From the human T2T-CHM13v2.0 reference genome, Homo sapiens: 64,000 bases of DNA. The notes under the pieces are model-generated. The model was not told the origin of the DNA and did no database searches. It was given only the letters and a program-made list of their open reading frames with translations. The stretch lies in the NCBI RefSeq assembly GCF_009914755.1, contig NC_060931.1, one strand, 5' to 3'. The position numbers and the translations under genes were made by a program. Numbering within the stretch: the first letter of the stretch is position 1; every line of letters starts with the position of its first letter. Shown here one piece after another: positions 51,770 through 64,000 of this stretch.

Positions 51770-53329
51770 GTATACATACATGTACCTATAAATTACATAT
51801 AATATCGCATTATAGTCCCTGTCCCTATAATGCTTGGCCATTGGTTTTGTTTTGAGGGGATAGAAGTAGAAGAGATGCTTTTTACACTTTCTCCTACAAG
51901 TGCATAACTAGTGAAGTAGAAATATATATAATTCTGACAAGGAAAGACAATGATGAAGTTGAAGACATCTTTTAGGGGGAAATAGAATAAATGTTTATTC
52001 CGTATAGTCTTTCTGGTTTTCCCAGTTCTAGATCCACATATCTATCAATTTACTGCTTTTATCCATTGCACCATCTTTCTTCGCCAAGCTCTCAGACATC
52101 TGAAACTTACCGTGTTTCCCAGCAAAGGTTATTTTGGTTTCTCCGACCTACTTCTTTCACTGCTCCAACACAATACGAAGAGCTGTATTTTTCTCTCTCT
52201 CTCTGCAGAGCCTTTGTCTTAAAAATCCTCAAAACAGTCTTTCCCCAGAATCTCAGACTCTGACTGTGGGCTTTCGGCACACAAAGGGATGGTTTTATTA
52301 TGACACTCAAATTTTACTTCAGGTTCATTGACGACCCCGGCCCTCACCACTGATTTTTACAGTGAAGAAACCAGCTTGGGAAACACCATGAATAAAACAT
52401 AATGTGAGGAGGTCTCCCTGGGAGCTAGGCCAAGACATCAAGGATGGGAACTGTCACTGCATTCTCTAGAAGGAGTTCAAAATAGATGCCTGTCAGGAGA
52501 AAGAACAGCAGGAGGATGCTGTTTTGTCAGTAAAGTGGAGTGTCATTTGGCAGGGGTTCAGCAGCCTCTCAGACCTCATTCTGATTCGGCTGGATGCTGT
52601 GGGAAGTTCAGGTTGCAAAGAAAAGGCACAAGCCCTATCTCTTTTGAGCACTGGTGGATGTCAGATTCATAACTTGATATGGAGTTTGCGTGTGGCCTTT
52701 AGCAGTAAATGCTAGAGGGCATTTTAAGGAGAGGCCTTTCCTAGGAAACTGACATGCACTGTTTCAGCTTACTGCGCCATCAATCAAAGGTGGCATAATA
52801 AGGTTCTCTCATCATGGTCGACAGAGTCCCAGAGCCCAGCACAGTACCTGGCACACATTAGGGGTGACAAATTCTTTATGGAGTAAACCAAGCCCATCTT
52901 TAACCAAGTTTTAGTCAGAAAAGCCAGCAAGTCCAGGAGACAGATCGTTTTACATCATTTCATCAACATTGTCTCCCTCGGCTTTTGATTAGAGACTTTT
53001 TCCATTTTAAGCCACCCAATTTGTCACCTCTTTTAAAGAAAGTGACTTATCTTGCCATTTTACCATTGCGAAATAATACTAAAACTTAAAAAGACCTAAA
53101 CAATGGCTTTTCAGACAGTATAACAGCAGAGACCCACCACAGCCATAGAATCGTATACAGTTTACCCTCACTCTCTGCCACAGTGAATTAGAGAAAGACT
53201 TGAGGAAGGGGAGAGGAGTGGATGATTTTTAAGACTTGGGGCTTTGGAGGCACAGAAAGCCAGAGATATAGACAGTGGAGCAGCCAGAGACCTGCAGAGA
53301 ATCCAGGGGATGAATGGGTTTGGGGGAGG

Positions 53330-53830
53330 GTCTGGTTCTATTGCCCAAGACTATTTTGGTTGCAAATGATAGAAAAGCAATTCAGAAGTAATTTGTTGGG
53401 GAAAATTCCTAGGGTAGGTCATAGAATTATAGAATTTGAAAAAGATAAAACCAAACTTTGGGAAGAGAATCTAGGGAGCCTGGAGAATTAAAACTGTGGA
53501 CTAGAATACCACTAGGTTTCTCTCTCCCTTCCTTCCTTCCCTCCCTCTTTTTCATTCTCATCTCTGCCTCTCTCTGAAGACTGGATTAATTACCTCTTAC
53601 TGCATGCTCCATCTTTCACATATCCTAGGCCATAGTCACAGGAGTACTGGGCTCATGTCTTCCCAATTTTGTTACCGGAAGAAGGGGTCCTAGTTTCTTG
53701 ACACTCATTTTAAAATCCCAGGGAATCTCTGATAGGCCTGGTTTGAGTCACGTGCTCACCTTGTTGGGTGGAAGGGGGAACAAAGACCCATAGTCCCTAA
53801 TCACATCTCTTGATTAGAGTGGGGAACTTG
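53330..53830 (-). mobile_element. Old MLT1 (J/K/L-type) LTR relic
   Basis: ttttggttgcaaatgatagaaa...ctctgataggcctggtttgagtcacgtgctcacc. Confidence 0.55.
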
Positions 53831-55746
53831 GGAAACTCCCTCAAAAGAACAGAATGCAGTTCCAGAAAAAGGAAGGAGATAGGACGACAGGAGTGAAAAT
53901 TTTGGATGCACGATTCTGAGGTAGGAGAGGAGAAAAACCTGGGAAGTGCTTCCTCGATTCCGCCCTAGGTTCTGCACCTGGAAGTGTTGGGAGATCCAGC
54001 TCTCCCTCCTTCTCTGTCATGTAATGTAACTGACTGCAGTAAGATTTCTGAATGTCCCAACCCACGTGAGGGCAACTAGGAAAGATGTCACGGCCTGGGG
54101 AGCTCCAATCTCTCAGCCCAGCCTGTCCCATCTACCCTGGGACCTGCCCACCACTGAGGGCAAAAAGAAAGTAAAGATAGAGGTGGTGGAGGAAGACAAG
54201 ATGTAGTTCCTCCTTATGGAAAAGCAGATCCCAGGGCTTCTCACTCCCATGCCCCACTTTCTTTCATGCAGGGAGGCCTTGCAGACGTGGAAGTAATTCG
54301 GAAAGTGCTTTGCAACACCAAATAACACTGCAATTTTTTCTTAAAACAATCTAAAAATCCATCTTGAGAACTTCTACAGCCTCAACTGTGTGTGGAAAGA
54401 GATATAATAAAATGTTCACAGTGATCATCTGTGTGTGAAGGGATTATCAATGGTTTGATTTCCTCTAGAGTTTTCTATTTCCCCATTTTCTATTATAAGC
54501 ACATGCTGCATTTTTATAATCAAACAGAAATATGAAACAGCCATATATTCTCAACCTATTCTGGTAGTCCCCAGTTATAATAACATATGATAACAAAGGC
54601 ATTTCAATAATTTCAAATTAATATTTATTTATTTATAGTCAAAGAACAAAAATAAGGCTAATGCAAAGATGAATGGTAGATCACAGTGCTGTGGAATGAT
54701 GTCTTTGGAATTAAGGTGAATGTTGATGCATTTATACATGCTCAAACATATAATTTAGATGATCCTCATCAGTGTTTATGGTGTCTTTAAAAGCAGGTTT
54801 ACTTTCGTAGCTGGGTTTGGCTAAAGCTAACATTAAATTAATCTGCATTCCCTCAGCACACACCCTGTGAAACAGCACTGAGCACTTGAGGGAAACTGAC
54901 CTTGGATGAAACATTTGCTGCCAAAAGACAAAGTACCCAGTCTCCACATAGATAACAGGGAACTGACTGTAGTAGTTATCAGACACCAGCGTGAACCAGA
55001 ACCCATGGCATACCTCCAGTGGCATCATTTGTGAAAACTCACAGTCGCATCAGGGAGAATAGCTTAAGGCTTAATGCCAGTCAAAATATAAACAAACAAG
55101 GTGCAGCCAGAGAGCACCTGAAAAAGTCTGGCATGCAGTGAAAAATTATGTCAATTAGCATGAATCCAAAAGCGAAACATTCTAATCAACAATTCCAAAG
55201 CCTTGTGCAACTAACCCTTTCTTCTTCCTTTCCTTCCTTCCGTCTTGCCATCCATGTTTCTTTTCCTTCCTATTTTTTCCTTTCTTTCTTCCCAACCACA
55301 TTGCACAAGGGATCTAAGGGGGTTTACAGGGAGAATATTAAATGAAATAGAGAGTTAATGGAAGTCACAAAAAGTAAGTCCCCAAGATCAGAGAAAATAG
55401 AACATGATTATCAGGTCACAAGGTCTTACCACTTGGATAAATTTGACTGTGAACTTCTCGGCAGCCAGAAGTATGCAACCCATAAGGATGAACTAAGCCA
55501 GTTCCTCTTGAGAATTGAACCTTTTGTTATTATATCATTTTTATTTTATTTAATTCCATGGATTGTATTTACTGACATAGAAAATGCCCATAGCATATTC
55601 CACTTATACAACATCACATACACGATAACAGCTCACATGTATTGGTGCTTACTGTGTCCAAGGCAACGTGCTAAGCACTTTAGACACGTTTTCTCATTTA
55701 GTCATCACAAAAACTTTATGAAGTATGTGCCATCATTATTCCCATC

Positions 55747-56129
55747 TGATGTGTTTTGGAATGTGTCCCTGTCCAAATCTCATGTCAAATTATAATCCCC
55801 AGTGTTGAAGGAGGAGCTTGGTGGGAGGTGATTGGACCATGGGGGTGGATTTCCCCCTAGATGTTCTTGTGATAGTGAGTGAGTTCTCATGAGGTCTGGT
55901 TGTTTAAAAGTGTGTAGCACCTCCTGCTTTGCCCTCTTCCTCCTTCTCAGGCCATGTAAGACATGCCTGCTACCCCTTTGTCTTCTACTATGATTGTAAG
56001 TTTCCTGAGGTCTCCCCAGCCATGCTTCCTGTACAGCCTGTAGAACTGTGAGTCAATTAAACCTCTTTTCTTTATAAATTACCCAGTCTCAGGTAGTTCT
56101 TTATAGCAGTGCAAGAATGGACTAATATA
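55747..56129 (+). mobile_element. MSTA solo LTR inserted in a MIR
   Basis: tgatgtgttttggaatgtgtccc...ggactaatata; perfect TSD CCATC; MIR on both sides. Confidence 0.93.
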
Positions 56130-57632
56130 CCATCTTAGAGATGTGGAAATTAAAGTTCATAAAGTAAGATGCAACCTGCCCAAAGTTAGAAAGCGGTAAA
56201 TGGCCACAGCATAGTCGAACCCAGGTCCGTCATACTTCAAAGTGTGCACAGGCTCTTAACCTTGCTTAATAGACAGATGTCTGGAAGGATGTTCACAAAA
56301 TTTTAGAAGCAGATACCTCTGGCTGGTAAGAAATTAAGTGATGTTACTGTTATTACCATAAGATAGTTCAAAATATGCAAAAACACAGAGAATAATAAAC
56401 CATATGCTATGTACCCACCATTGAAACATTACAAATTTCGACATTTTGCCCTATTTCTTCAGATTTTTTTAAACACAGCAACAATTAAGAGTCTGTTGTC
56501 CTCCTGGTTACATAGTGGGCCCCAATAAAAGTCAGAGTCAATGCCCTCAGCAGCATTTCTGCAAATGTATTTGTTACAAGGCTGTTAGATGCTGAAGCTC
56601 CTTGGGAAAGTAAAGCTTCCCATTTTGAATTCAGCCCAAACAAGTCTGTAGAGAGTGAGGTAGAGCAGGATGATGGACAGATGAAGAGGCCAAAGGCTGA
56701 GATGATGCAGCTTTCTGAAATTTTGAACTGATCCTAGGATAAAACTAGCTGGAAAATGATAATGAATAAACTACATGTTCTTTGAATAATTATCCATGAC
56801 AATCACACATTTTTGGGTTTAGATGTGAGTTAGACAATAGAGAGTTCAGGGATATATTCTCTGGCACAGATACTCGGAATCCATATTCTCTACAAATCAA
56901 ATGAACAGATGGTAAGGATGTATCATTTTGGCTTTCATCTAACTAGAGGGCCATCTTATCTTTGCCAAGAAGAAGCTAACAGATTTTCTGCAAGCAAAAT
57001 AAGGCCTTTCTTAGAAAATAATTCTAGGTCCTCAGGAACAAATGATGATTAGATCCCCAAGTTCTTACACCAAAAAGAGGATGACTTTGATTATTTTCAC
57101 TGGGAATTTTCAAAACAAATGTTCAAAAATATCACTGAATTCTGTTCTTTAAAATAATATAAGCACGGTAATTTCTTACCTGCTACTAATCTGAATTTCA
57201 ACCAAATTGTATAAAAACAATTGCATCAATTGTTAATTGAACTAGGTCCTGTATATAAATCTTAAGAACTGTCAGAGAAGTGTCAAAAACATTAGCAACA
57301 TGTAGTGTGCTAGGTGCTAGAAGTAGAAGAAAGGATACAAATATTAGGATGATGCCAGTTGCTATACAAATTAGCCCTCAAATGTCCATGTTTTAACCCA
57401 ATAAAAGTCTGTCTTACATCAGATATATTTTCAGAAAAGGAAAGTTCTCTGGTCTCCAGCAGTGATGAAATTGTGCTGGGCAGGCACTCTGAGGACCTGC
57501 CACTGCCACCAACTTCCCTGCTTCCCCAACCCTGGATTAGGCCAAATTATTGTCCATTATTCTTGAAGCCCTCCTGGGCTCCATCCTCTGGGAGGCTCTT
57601 CCTTGTGTGTGTTCAGCCATGGCCTCCCCTGA

Positions 57633-57977
<345 letters not shown>

Positions 57978-57989
57978 TACAGCTGTGCA

Positions 57990-59225
57990 GCTTTAAGGCC
58001 CATTTCCTGCAGGTTCAAATTACACTAAGGGTTTTTTACACTCATAAGCCTTTTGTGGACTAGATCTGTGCTTTCTTTTCCAATACAATTCCCTCAAAAC
58101 CCAAGGTGGCTTCTGATCAATTTGCTTCTGGTAAGTTTCATGTGCTGGTAAATGCACCCTAAGCTCTTCCCTAGACATCAATCTTAGACTTACTCAATCA
58201 TTTGCCTCCAGGCGCCCATGCCTCTCTCTCTCAAGGTAATGGCAGCTACTTTGGGGCCAGTGGACACAAAAGGCTTGGGTGGGAAGTAAAGACCCTTAAT
58301 TTAAATGTTACCCGTGAGGCTAAGTCAGTTTGCTAAACAGAAATCTTACTGCCCCATTGTTGGTCAAAGCGGTTTGCAGTGTTATTTCTTACTCTCTAGT
58401 GTAAGGCTCTAAATATCTAGACTTTTTTCTATTCTTTTCATTGATTATTGGGAACTGGTCAATTCTTTCCTGAACTCATCTGCTCCATGACATGAGGAGC
58501 AAAAAGCAACTGACACACATGACCATTCTGTCTCTTTTGAAGAACTTTCCTTAAAGCTACTTAGGCATTTAGTCTGCCTTCCAGGTTATGTGAGGTGACA
58601 GTTTTACAAAATATTTTATTGCATACTATATTAGTCTGTCTTGCACTGCTATAAAGAAATACCTGAGACTGAGTAATTCATAAAGAAAAAAAAGGTTTAG
58701 TTGGCTCACAGTTCTGCAGGCTGTACAAGACGCATAGCAGCTTCTGCTTCTGGGGAGACCTCAGGAAGCTTAGATGGCAGACAGCAAAGGGAAAGTAGGC
58801 TTGTCTTACATGGCAGGAGCAGGACTGAGAGAGAGTGAAGGTGCTACGCACTTTCAAACAACCAGATCTCATGAGAACTCACATATTATCAGGAGAACAG
58901 CACCAAGAGGGTGGTGCTAAACCGTTCATAGAGCTCTGCTTCCATGATCCTATCAACTCCCACCATGACCTCATTTTGGACACTGGGAATTACAACTCAA
59001 CATGAGATTTGAGCAGGGACACATATCCGAACCATATCACATACCATTCTTCCTCTGTCTTTCAAGTCCCTAATATCCATTCCTGCACCACCTGCCACCT
59101 TACCACAAAGCCAATGCTACATGTGTTAGGTTTCTGTTATAGCAGCACCCTGCCTTAAGATACCAATGTATGTATTCGTTAGGGTTGTATTCGCTGCTAT
59201 AACAAAAAATCAGAGGCTTAATACA
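57990..59225 (-). mobile_element. MaLR (MLT1) internal-sequence relic with adjoining LTR fragment
   Basis: Minus strand attggtatcttaaggcagggtgctgctataacagaaacctaa resembles a MaLR internal 5' start, next to an LTR end at about 59170. Confidence 0.5.
58627..59039 (-). mobile_element. MST (A/B) solo LTR
   Basis: tatattagtctg...gaaccatatca; perfect TSD CATAC. Confidence 0.93.
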
Positions 59226-60062
59226 AATAACTTTCTTTCCCACATAATAGTAAAATGATTTCTAGTTGGAAATCGTAAGCAATATATAAATAGGCTGATA
59301 AAAAAGGTGTTTGTACTAATGTCCAAAAATAATAGAGTAAAAGACATTGTGGTTCTATGCTATAACTATAAGGCTTTGAAGGAAGGATAAGATGTTAACC
59401 TGTGAATGGGGGGCAAGAGAGGACATGGAAGAATATTTATTATGGAAGAGGGAGAAGGAGAGGGAAGATGTGTGTTCCAAAAGAGAACATGATGTTAAAC
59501 AAAGATGCTAGCAGAGTGACTATTTCATAGATTTCATCCTTTCTCTATCTCATGAATAGAAAAGACCACTGGAGAAGACTCAGTAAAAAGTCTTACCTGG
59601 AGAAATTCTCACTCTGAAATATGTAATATCAAATGGTCTGAAGTCATTTATGAATATTGAATGCTGTAAAGTCAGTAGTCTGAGGCACATGCAGAGTGGT
59701 GTCAAAAATTGTTGGAAGAATTTTATCAGCAGCAAAATGAGAGTAATTCAATTATGGACTCCTAGGGCAGCACCAAATGTTAATTGACGTGAAACATTGG
59801 TGGCCGGGGGAGCCCTAGTTCACCACTTTCTATATGTGGAAAAGTGTACAATTGTAAGGACTTTCACATAACCTCCTCAAGCCCAGAGAAAAATCTCTGT
59901 AGACTTGAGAGGGCCTTAATGATCATGTTAGGTAGTGCTCAAAGCCCTTTCTGACATATCGAAATGCTTGCCCACATTGCCATTCTCAGCCTTATGAACT
60001 GGAAATAGCTGGTGCTATTAGTCCCATTATATACATGAGAAAACAGAGATTAAGAAGTCCCA

Positions 60063-60436
<374 letters not shown>

Positions 60437-62581
60437 TTAGTTTGCTCTTTGTTGTCTTTGCAAGTGGGCAAGAGAAGCAAGCTCACTCCTGTTCATTTGC
60501 CTTATAAACTTTTGAAATTTTTTAAAAATGTTTACGCAAAATTAAGTCTTTTGAGGATTTGTGTTTTCTTTGGAGTCACTAAAAGCAATGACTTTATAGC
60601 ATTTCGTAGGGGGTCATAAAACCCTAATTTTTATAATCAAAGAGAACTACAAGGTCCAACGTTAAGGCTAGTGTTTTTACAGCACACAGTATCATACACC
60701 CATAAAAATTCCATCTCATTCTTTAAGTAAATATGAACATAACCTCTTGTCTGTCCATTTTAGGATCCTTCTTTTCTGTAGAAACATGGAGCCCAGACTG
60801 AAATTAGATACTGAAGCTCAAATAAATTATTTAAAAATGTGTGCCTTTATTACCCTTGAACTTTCTGCCAATAAAGAACAATACTAACAAGCATATGGAT
60901 GTAAACACTCCTAAAAATTTTACTATCAGAAGTTGTTCAAGCCTTTATTAAGGAAAATAACACAGTTTGGAAGCATTAAATTTTTTAGGGATGTCAGAAC
61001 AAATAAAGAAAGTTGACCTAGCTAGCCTAGGGCACTGCTCTTGAATTACATTTACTGTAACTCCTTCCCTTTGGCTAATTTAGTTTTTATCTACTCTGGA
61101 TGATAAACTCACAGCCTGGGTTGTGCAATACAAGCATGCTTGACAGAAGGCAGGCAATTGCAAGAATAATGATGAGCCATTTGAACACTCTGGCTTCTTC
61201 CCTTCCAGAAGAACTTTTACCTATTATAGCACTGGCTCTCTATTGGGATTCTTAGCAAGTGTATTAGCACTTAACTTTCCACTTTAATGAACGACTGACA
61301 TGTATAATTCTATGGAGAGCATAGGCCAATATTTTATTAGTTTCTGATAGTATTACAATGGTTTGAGTCTATTGAACTGATATAGAAGATCTATGGGAAG
61401 AGAAGAGAGAGGGCTACATATATTGGGAAGTTGCCCATTAATTTGGTCTGTATATGAGTCAGAGTTCATTTTTTCTTCTATATTTCTATGTATCCAGAGA
61501 AGCCTGTTCATGATTGAGAGACACATCAAAAACCTCATGACCTCATTAGCTTTTGTAATGTCGCCTCTGGTTTTGGGTTGAGCTATGGCTCCTCGGCCCC
61601 TGAGAAAGTATTTGAGCACGTTTTCATTATTTGGTTCAGAAAGTAGCAGTATTTGACAAAATGTTTCTGAAAAGAGGAAACAAGATGCCCAACTACCAGA
61701 GCCCCAGATTCCTCTCCCTCCCAGTACCTTCAACCCAGCTTGAAGTTTTAAACTCAGGCCACCTCCACACTGAGAGGTCTGGCCAGCCCGTATGCAAGGA
61801 CATGGTTCCTAGGAGTGTGGTGGAGGCGTGTGGTGAAGATCCTGCTGAAGAAGACAGAAGGTTCTCAAGATGTCCAGGACTCTTCTGTTATCAATGTACT
61901 TTTCTTCTACTTAAAGCCACATGGGATCCCTAAGAATTTAACATGATGATATCTAATTGACATTCTCTCTTACCCCTGCCTACCACTAAACCCACCACAT
62001 GGTGAGAAAGTTCCAAACAGCAATCGTTTCTGGAGCCTGATTTGGATAAAACCAGATGGTCACCAAAACCATTCCATTAGGCCATTTACTGATGTGGAAT
62101 GCAATTAAAATTGATTCCACTTTAATCAAAATAACTTTGAGGAGAACAAATATGTGCTGAGTATCTACAATATAAAAGAAATTTGGATAGATGATGATGA
62201 GTTGGTGGAACAGTAGGTGACTCATACAGGGATGAATAAAATGTATCTTTTACAACTCAAGGAGTTTATATTCTGGGAGGGGAGAAAAGATGTGTCCAGT
62301 CACTAGGCATTTCGTCAGATAATAGAAACCTGTTCCACCTACTTCTCCTCTAGAAGACAGTTTGACAAGTCTCCTTATCAACATGTAAATAATAAAAAGG
62401 GTATCCAGCAAAAGAGAATATTAGCAGTTTGGGGTGGTGATAAGGACACAGCACGTAACGAGATTTCCCCTTGAGGACAATGTCAGTGTAAACAGAGACC
62501 CCACGGATTACAAACTGTTGAATTCAGAGGTTATTATTAAGACATAAATTTAAAAGGGTCTTTATTGATAGGCTACCTTAC

Positions 62582-63095
62582 TATATTAGGGCTCTCTAGC
62601 AGGACAGAACTAATAGGATAGATGCATATATAAAGGGGAGTGTATTAAGGAATATTGACTCACACGATCACAAGCTGAGATCCCACAGTAGACCGTCTAC
62701 AAGCTGAGGACCAAGGAAGCCAGTCAGATTCCTAAAACCTCAAAAGTAGGGAAGCCAACAGTACAGCCTTCAGTCTGTGGTCGAAGGTCCAAGAGTACCA
62801 AAGCTGACGAATTTGGAGTCCAATGTTTGAGGGCAGGAAGCATCCAGCATGGGAGAAAGATGAAGGCCAGAAGATGCAGCCAGTCCAGTCCTTCCACATT
62901 CCCCTACCTGCTTTTATCCTAGCTGCACTGGCAGCTGATTAGATGGTGCCCACCCAGATTGAGGGTGGGTCTGCCTTTCCCAGTCTACTGACTCAAATGA
63001 TAATCTCCTCTGGCAACACCCTCACAGACACACCCAGGAACAATACTTTGCATCCTTCAATTCAACCAAGTTGACAGTCAGTATTAACCATCACA
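62582..63095 (-). mobile_element. MLT2A (HERVL) solo LTR
   Basis: tatattagggctctctag...gtattaaccatcaca; perfect TSD CTTAC. Confidence 0.93.
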
Positions 63096-63359
63096 CTTAC
63101 TTAATAGCTCTGTGTTCTCTAGCAAGTTAATGAAATCTCTGTTGACTTAATTTCTAAAATTGGAGTAAGTCCATCTTTTCTAATGCAGTTTGTGTATGTT
63201 AAATGGAAATACAAAAAAAAATCTAGCATAGTCTATGACCCAATAAAACGGTAGTTTTCTTCCTTCATTCCCAATTCCCTTCTCTTTCTTAAAAGCAAAA
63301 AATAAAATAGCAGATGTCAGGATCAGTACCAACAGGCTCTTTGGGACTATGGTTTCTTT

Positions 63360-63610
63360 CCATTGATTTGTAGTTCAACCCATTAAGCATATTATCAGCA
63401 CCTAGTATATTCCCAGCATGCAGCATGGCTGTTGCCTCCATGAGCCCAGTCCAGTAGAAGAAAGACCATCAGTCATACAGATATGAACCAAGTGCCCATT
63501 GAAGTATAAGCTTGTGCTGTGGGAGCACAGAAAAGTAGGGGAATGAATAATCCTGAGGAGGAAAGAGTGGATCAGAGCAGTCTCACAAAGGCATTTGAGC
63601 TGTTCCTTCA
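63360..63610 (-). mobile_element. L2 3' end
   Basis: aagcatattatcagcaccta...gcctccatgagc...catttgagctg. Confidence 0.65.
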
Positions 63611-64000
63611 AGGTTTCCATGGTGGAGGGGGGAGGATCACATTAGCTTATTTATTTTTTACTACAGAGATTCAACATTTGCCCTTCATAAAAATTATACA
63701 GAAAATACGTTAAGAAAATAAGTTCTAAGCCATCAAGCCCATCTGATCTGAAACAGAAAAAGACTCATAATGAATATGTCAACACTTCCACATTTTTCAT
63801 TTGTTTTCTAAAGCAATTTCATCTGCAAATGAATTATGCACTCCAGGGCTAGACAGTACCTCCATTCCTACACTCCAGAAAAATGTGTTTACTTCGTTTT
63901 ACATTTCATGCAGCTCAGTGGGAAGGCAGTTGCAATGCAATTTCTGATCCAGTTTAGGGTTTGAGATGTCAGTCCTCTCTTTCTTTCTCCAGAATATGGC

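Noticed and set aside
55358-55795. 145-aa ATG ORF
   Set aside because: Crosses MIR and MSTA sequence; no homology recognised.
63050-63075. DUX4 site in MLT2A LTR
   Set aside because: Degraded (caattcaacca), and the LTR is antisense to the gene.

Overview
Primate (almost certainly human) genomic DNA from the 3' part of CNTNAP2 (CASPR2, neurexin-family adhesion protein), transcribed on the + strand. Two coding exons are supportable. 39248-39484 is 237 bp, phase 1-1, exon 19 of the canonical transcript by my recollection. 51636-51769 is 134 bp, exon 20. Together they encode part of the last laminin-G domain. The rest is intron, dense in Alu, MIR, L2, old L1, MaLR/ERVL/ERV1 solo LTRs and hAT DNA transposon relics. 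No other gene, RNA gene or novel multi-gene system is evident, and the other ORFs look like repeat or chance artefacts. Most notable observations: (1) an old mosaic insertion at 11375-11724 apparently copied in pieces, one inverted and with a fold-back hairpin, from a nested-LTR locus about 1.7-2 kb downstream; (2) a sense THE1 LTR ending 197 bp upstream of exon 19, with a perfect DUX4 motif, TATA box, splice donor and weakened poly(A) signal; (3) an antisense Alu with poison-exon architecture next to a UG repeat; (4) inverted-Alu and RBFOX context around the frame-preserving exon 19; (5) a 24-bp tandem array inside an MST LTR and a trimeric Alu. Repeat subfamily names come from recalled consensus features, not from a database search.
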